This document shows positions 61,401 through 64,000 of a stretch of 64,000 nucleotides of DNA, piece after piece. The DNA comes from Candidatus Poribacteria bacterium (GTDB lineage: Bacteria > Poribacteria > WGA-4E > UBA9662): positions 1 to 64,000 of the forward strand of contig JAYZAL010000087.1 in NCBI GenBank assembly GCA_036339735.1. The letters are read 5' to 3'. The notes under the pieces are model-generated. The model ran no database searches. It had not been told where the DNA came from and was given only the letters and a program-made list of their open reading frames with translations. The position numbers and the translations under genes were made by a program. Within the stretch, counting starts at the first letter, position 1, and each line of letters begins with the position of its first letter.

Positions 61401-64000
61401 GATCAACTTGGATAGTTTTTTGGCTTAATTCAGGTTCTAAGTTGTAAATAAAGGGTTGATCTGTCACACGGATCGGTCGATCATTCAGGTATATGTTGTA
61501 CCCAACTATTTTTGGATCAGTAGATGCCTTCCATTCCACTCGTAATTGATACCCATCGTCTTCGGCAATATCTGTTACCTTTTTTATTACGATTGGTTTA
61601 GGGCGGATTCCATCTAGAGTAACTTTATCAGGCAAAGTAATCTGGACCAACGGCTGATTTGATGGTTCATAAAATACATGGACAGCCACATCGGATAAGT
61701 CGTCAGTTGCTTTTACCGTGTAAGTGCCCCGAAGTAATCCATTTTGATTTCTCAATGGATATCGATCTATTTGGTGCCCCAATTGGAAGTAGCCACTACC
61801 GATAGCTTGTAGGTTTTGGTCCGTCTGGTAAAGTTTCATAGTTACCACCAAAGTTTGCCCGAACCTTAATGGCTGGTCAGCATTATGTTGAACTAACTCT
61901 ATCTTGGGAGCATTACCAATGATGATTACTTTTTGCGGGTGTTCTCGAACAAACGTATTGCCTGCGGTGTCAATGCTACGAGCTATGACGATACCATCCA
62001 TCACTTGATGTGTTTTTAGTACCGATAGTATTCCAATTTTGGACTGTCCAGAACTCAATTCCTGTTTTTGTAATGGAAATCTCAGTTGAACTTGGCCAGT
62101 TTCAGCTGATTGGATTTCAATAAAAACCTGATCTGTAGGGTCAAAGTCACCGATTACTTGAACTGTCAAACGATCACCGGCTGATAGCACGCCGGAACCG
62201 TTGTGCTGAATACTCTCGATATATGGTGCTACAGTATCAATCTGGATTGGTCGTGGCAGGTCGACTACGACAGCTAAACCTATTTGAGGTTTCCAAGTCA
62301 CTCGAACAAATGCCGAGGTGACGTCTTCACCTAGTTGTGGTGTGTAAGTTCCAATATAGGTATTATCGCTTAGCATCATAGACCTTTTGGCTAAACGTTC
62401 TGGGAATACTGAAGGTGAAAATTCCCCTATTAGTTCAAATTGGGGGGGGGTGAGAGCTGTAATCTGTCCGGTTGGTAAGTCCATCAATACAGTTAAGGTT
62501 TCACCTAAGGCTAATTCTCCTTCAGCACTGTGAGATATGGATTTGATTAGATTAGTAGTCAACTGGTAACTAGCAGTTCCAGAAGGGAAAAAAGGGGAAA
62601 CTCGAATGAAATACTTACTGTTTGAGACTGGAACTGAAAGCTGTCTTGTCTCGTCAGTAATAGACGAAACAGAATAGAATTGATTTTGTCCAAGCACTTG
62701 CTGAACAGAGTCATACACTTCAACTTGGATCCAGCCAGCTTTTAGTGTTGTTTGTAAGTCGACAACTAGAAACGACTGTTTTGTTCTGCTTGGAATAATA
62801 CTCTGGCTAAGATCTACCCGAAACCAATCCACATCATTCTGGCTATCCCAGTGGGTACCTGAAAGTGGATTACCTAACGTAAGCTGTGTCGCCTGCTGTG
62901 AGTTTACAAAGGGTGATACATTATTAGGCTCAATCTCAATGTCCATGTTGGGATCAAGCTCAGCTAAAGAAACATTTACGAAATAAGGAGAATCAACTGT
63001 GTCACTACTGAGTGTAATATTGCTGTTGTCGACGACTAGAAAATATTCACCAGGTACTAAGGGAAATAAAAGTTCTGGGCTCGGATTTTCAGTAACATTG
63101 ACCGTAATCTGGCCTACTTTTCGGTTGTTAATATCATCAGTAATTAGTGGGGATCGGTAAATATCAATAGTGGTGGGACCTACCACAAGCGGGCGGATTA
63201 TGCTTAATGTCAGGCTTTGATTTTTGTTGACGTATAACCGAAACCAATCTTGGTCTCCTTCGTGGTTTTTGTCACCAATAATGGTCAACGGGTTATCAAT
63301 CGTAGGATTTATCCGATTCGCTCTTATATAGGAATCATTATTCTCTGCATCCCAAGCGAAATCAGTACCAAGTTCGTTTGCTGAAACAGTCAAAAAGTAC
63401 GATCGATGGTTAGCATCGACGGATTCAGGAACTACTTTCAGATAATATCGGGTTTCACCTGTTAATCTCCTTCGATTTAGACCAACTGTACCAACAACGA
63501 ATTGACTATTGATATCACTGATTCGCGCGGTGTGAACCAAGTTTTCTTCTGATACCTGTTCTTGATAGATCAGTAAGTTCGTAGCTCCAGTTCCACCTTC
63601 TCGATTAAGTGTGAAGGTTAATAGACCATTTTGAGTAGTCAGAGAGTATTGGAACCAATCAACATCATTTTTGTCTAAACTTACACCTCGGATAGTTCGG
63701 TTGAATAAAACTGGGTTAGCTTCGGTTTGTCGATTGTTGAACTCCAGCTCTGCTTGAAAATCCAACTGCACTCTGAAACTTCTAACAACTGGAGTTGGGT
63801 CCTTTTTACCATCTACAGTAATCGCTGAGACTGATAGGTTGTAAGTATCATCGGTCAAATCCCTAAATGTTACATGGTTACTTTGAGTAAAATTACTCTG
63901 GCCATTCAGTGTGTAGTCAAAACCTAAAATCTGCTGGCTGGGTGCTGTCCCCATCCACCAAAAGGTTGGGTTCTGATAACCAATATCACCGTCAGGGCCA
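52420..64000 (-). CDS. Giant repetitive secreted/surface protein (PPC-like, FN3-like, Ig-like repeats, choice-of-anchor-X-like motifs, FlgD/T9SS-like C-terminal domain); 5'-partial
   Basis: The frame stays open past 63954 to the window edge (GPDGDIGYQNPTFWW-M). ExEPN motifs, DxPxDxG..I.V.W repeats, LYDDGTHGD..NDGVYT, and C-terminal VYPNPF...WDGLNDAG..VISGLYIY. Confidence 0.88.
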   Translation of the reverse strand, partial: GPDGDIGYQNPTFWWMGTAPSQQILGFDYTLNGQSNFTQSNHVTFRDLTDDTYNLSVSAITVDGKKDPTPVVRSFRVQLDFQAELEFNNRQTEANPVLFNRTIRGVSLDKNDVDWFQYSLTTQNGLLTFTLNREGGTGATNLLIYQEQVSEENLVHTARISDINSQFVVGTVGLNRRRLTGETRYYLKVVPESVDANHRSYFLTVSANELGTDFAWDAENNDSYIRANRINPTIDNPLTIIGDKNHEGDQDWFRLYVNKNQSLTLSIIRPLVVGPTTIDIYRSPLITDDINNRKVGQITVNVTENPSPELLFPLVPGEYFLVVDNSNITLSSDTVDSPYFVNVSLAELDPNMDIEIEPNNVSPFVNSQQATQLTLGNPLSGTHWDSQNDVDWFRVDLSQSIIPSRTKQSFLVVDLQTTLKAGWIQVEVYDSVQQVLGQNQFYSVSSITDETRQLSVPVSNSKYFIRVSPFFPSGTASYQLTTNLIKSISHSAEGELALGETLTVLMDLPTGQITALTPPQFELIGEFSPSVFPERLAKRSMMLSDNTYIGTYTPQLGEDVTSAFVRVTWKPQIGLAVVVDLPRPIQIDTVAPYIESIQHNGSGVLSAGDRLTVQVIGDFDPTDQVFIEIQSAETGQVQLRFPLQKQELSSGQSKIGILSVLKTHQVMDGIVIARSIDTAGNTFVREHPQKVIIIGNAPKIELVQHNADQPLRFGQTLVVTMKLYQTDQNLQAIGSGYFQLGHQIDRYPLRNQNGLLRGTYTVKATDDLSDVAVHVFYEPSNQPLVQITLPDKVTLDGIRPKPIVIKKVTDIAEDDGYQLRVEWKASTDPKIVGYNIYLNDRPIRVTDQPFIYNLEPELSQKTIQVDQNGIPYYIAVTAVTQVGNESEIDLGSLSKPTIAFDNLPPSPVAIVSAVDTIDDFGGSVTISWTQPSRADDFSYYQVHRSITPPETGKKKPEHLSIKVPHPYVTSVEMPTIDDMLDHYFFVTAVDFAGNESHVIPQSISEPTQSHSNLAKQPETINEIEWITTALGPIRQDNLTFRWFSAEQTFTYYQLDGGRLQPTTANELTLTGLTVGQHQLALLSGDQEQKVIRKFNVYRSPLSEREPNDSLLQADVLPFGWQVHGNLTNQEIDIYRLEVVESGLIDLHWSSSNSDIDIELKQFDTTIARANSSEGKFSLGLDVGSYFILCEGIANTSYSLASQFSLTNNWEFESNELSGTLPLVGTLPSSTVFGALNSSQDNDRYRVVLPTDGILVVNYISQTENETPVDISIQRFGTTTHPLLPRDEGVDYFSANRRFFIYDLRKGVYQVSISATSEILSSYQLLATLLQKAEYQINYSKAENQLTIGDQLNVIVEPVIVDGITPPFQQASYNIPLITERWSNAGPAEYLPEGLQANQAEIFIRLSTPHPIFFPLSQKIHIDTTNAPIAGLSHSGKDTLIVGQKLYISVISQSKPKLQIQEKDSNKILISSERFISDKKTEPLDNGDKNYSFTLTVKVGDRVEVGKLVATVEKSNGTTVRKNADQPIRIDGVLPIPITNPSSQDIAGDEGKKIRLAWTPPLGGFSHYNIYRSSSPANIGQLILEKAVVSNQSETSVETVVETERNQVPFYFTVATVDDSGNQNPVQFPAVSSINNQPDITIISDEILLESEPNQTFSNATPLPINRLIHGFIGDINGNDEIDYYKLKVPQDGQLAIELVAGANLPKKQSAIISLRNNADNLIEADTSAIRNTGEQTTYIQSYNLSEDSYLIEVNSQAEINYTLSTFLVKSVTVNISQNSSTNRQLKMGDEIHLKVQTYSQMPRQIEVAQVKSSSLVLTDNLSTVVTSSGYNQPSFEYQTTFSIGNFGQPTTDVRVVIELINTKGETGRLIVSDPYPDGHLSIDVIPPQILTAKHSAVRPDGSLRQIITGEELEVSLTGESNNRAFITLQKINDLAQSETVMIQMDERSSNDLTKQFSIYEGSIRIPEPEIWRSLQPVELIVTLIDSAGNKSSKNVYPLFTPKNTRTKNTGTIKHDALTTLKIADMVTIVVDIPTENKINLAIVDPYTNQILVDRNRFIRKYSSQHTYQLKIQTGDNFQSGLVTAYLVQPLSGFPSTLTSTQPIAADTIAPLPVSALEAVDIPDDNGSWVVVSWPRLTQNQRASTDKYKIYLSQVPIQSFGGRIPVDLFAFSINHNSISASAEIKNSVLVKLEKTDVDYHIGVTVVDLAGNESNIVTTTGRAVDNRIPPAITIISAEDTPFDNGGLITLDWEPTQITDFLAYRVYHSSFPITDLSGLPVTLVVTNLNLSSVEVQTSGDTRPNFYAVTVLDQSGNQSLLEKESVAGPVQSINNMVSYTSPAQDNHVISLVSSPLGVLRQNSATFRFMPNWSIQPDQPTPTIYYRLDQNPYQPITSYQLTVHNLSPGQHTFSIKTDGVLVPGLQSVRQHTFLVRPTLISEIEPNDTVNHANNLTQQAMVQGGNHSANDLDWFCLVLSTQATDISDHNFDLYFHRPMGTGETQLDLFSTDMQLLAQVRSRPENQQKVHLFAKTKDQSLFLRIRAENESPNSDYQLSLSTSRWHANAITQEFTSSVQTNQPLLSNNEGTLALFGQTFVGEKYMLNLVGPVRFSLSSLIEPDNSKLNLKIFAGPNSAENRFANQQNNQIGLLQFPKDQQWINLSEGSYTLIVSPILEESSNMDHLSNYQILVESGKNVRFTEKEPNNTMNLATLIPDLDQMILGLHSDERDWYRFNLSQTNGWLCIAKPEEVNNSVSLSLTNLDGKARPIQVGEATRTYGNQVWMKVEMLPSNHGVDRYNLLPMFIQSVSHNAENRILGGPSGEKTNLVVRLQLVPQSAEQLTTANFKITAPSISSPIAHPLVDQGEGLFIGRMEIPQYLHLPQGQLVIEMMSQQPINDQQFLNFRGQLTINEPINIDTVPPTIISVEHDAVTVGGLSQPIGLRQTVEIRLIGSGGNHAKFQIRQKSNGSILAQGIMKEISDSADSKDQAHTYIGHYTIESSTIQTDTQNTQVIGVLSDLAGNTAQLQSLIPLVVDTRSPNIDSLSYRIQRLGQEVPTSSTLLPGDQLIVTLVGETDCQASCLVGERKFDLYDDGTHGDIQSNDGVYTAICLITEADFVSETTTMNGFLTDRAGNTDNRFADRPITIDTKPPEIEYIQHNATKALIMGDQLIVYLKGELSCSASFDVGQLKGNIMVDDGSGKDQKAHDGVYTGQYSVENDLNIEIRAAVVIGHLVDSGGNTQTIQSSQPVTIDAVPPRIVTDVRAIDVPKDQGNVIEVSWNVAEESDFSRYQVYRETAPIRSTLGLIPIPTPLLDLKQNLTRISAPRNSFDYYIAVTAVDIAGNESEVSTSQLKESTFGPVQAIDNLAPPAVVGVQAKDRPDDNGKTILVQWQPLPQESMGNEVNSEYKSDFQAYHIYRYTSRPVLQQTQPGLAEELAPNLAGTIVDPNIYQVTVDVPKNRVNYYVSVVAIDENGNRSSVVDSSLAGPVQAIDQIAPPPVIGVQVSDTPSDSGMAVTVSWEFPESNVQDEIDHYLILLSEQQPTIDDINFMNSGATPLVEPIKVRADKFSQLPKSLKPSQKVTIPQSGLTVYAAVVAVDEGGNQSKLGVSSIAGPVRAVSNYVYPQIETTIQAGFAPKTKLVLPPAVIGSEITTVDILEPTNSLLSIQIEEANFYLGTANIEPTHDDELKPTIRQIDGQVERLSKSAKLTIGFSAESIPASVVPNLRIFRLNPYGKLTLWDLVPGKQTIDIENQTVTANISQLTVFRIAHLRLPTNLDQVVVYPNPFVPSQSINQQVTFLKLTENATVNLYTLDGERVRTKLESTTGRAVWDGLNDAGAEVISGLYIYHIEGEGVQKVGQIMVIR

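Overview
A bacterial chromosomal window of roughly 40% GC (estimated by eye). It most resembles a marine Ca. Poribacteria genome, inferred from secreted proteins ending in 'AVxPxxKLxxxWxxLK', a CRTAC1/TPR pair and several PhyH dioxygenases. Left part: secreted and carbohydrate-active genes (DUF1080, TPR, CRTAC1/ASPIC-UnbV, beta-helix, GH49-like). Then a minus-strand run phyH-mnmG-rsmG-STAS-histidine kinase-REC/PP2C-RsbW-(catalytically eroded AccD homologue)-ROK kinase. Middle: G1P-dehydrogenase-like enzyme, purple acid phosphatase, a rhodanese-MoeB whose active-site Cys codon is an in-frame TGA followed by a SECIS-like hairpin (probable selenoprotein), alr, SDR and a 2-hydroxyacid dehydrogenase. 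Next come two nutrient-scavenging blocks. (i) A sigma54 promoter and ANTAR attenuator precede a NasT-like regulator, urtABCDE and formamidase fmdAB. (ii) A Zur-controlled zinc-starvation cluster holds duplicated zur genes, Zur boxes, a tiny His/Asp lipopeptide, DUF1636, hisI, a Zn ABC transporter and two COG0523 GTPases. The window ends inside a >3,850-aa repetitive secreted protein with a FlgD/T9SS-like C-terminal domain. Best leads: the Sec-MoeB, the stand-alone His/Asp lipopeptide under a perfect Zur palindrome, the AccD pseudoenzyme inside a partner-switching operon, and the NasT/ANTAR switch on an amide operon. No rRNA, tRNA, CRISPR array or intact mobile element was seen.
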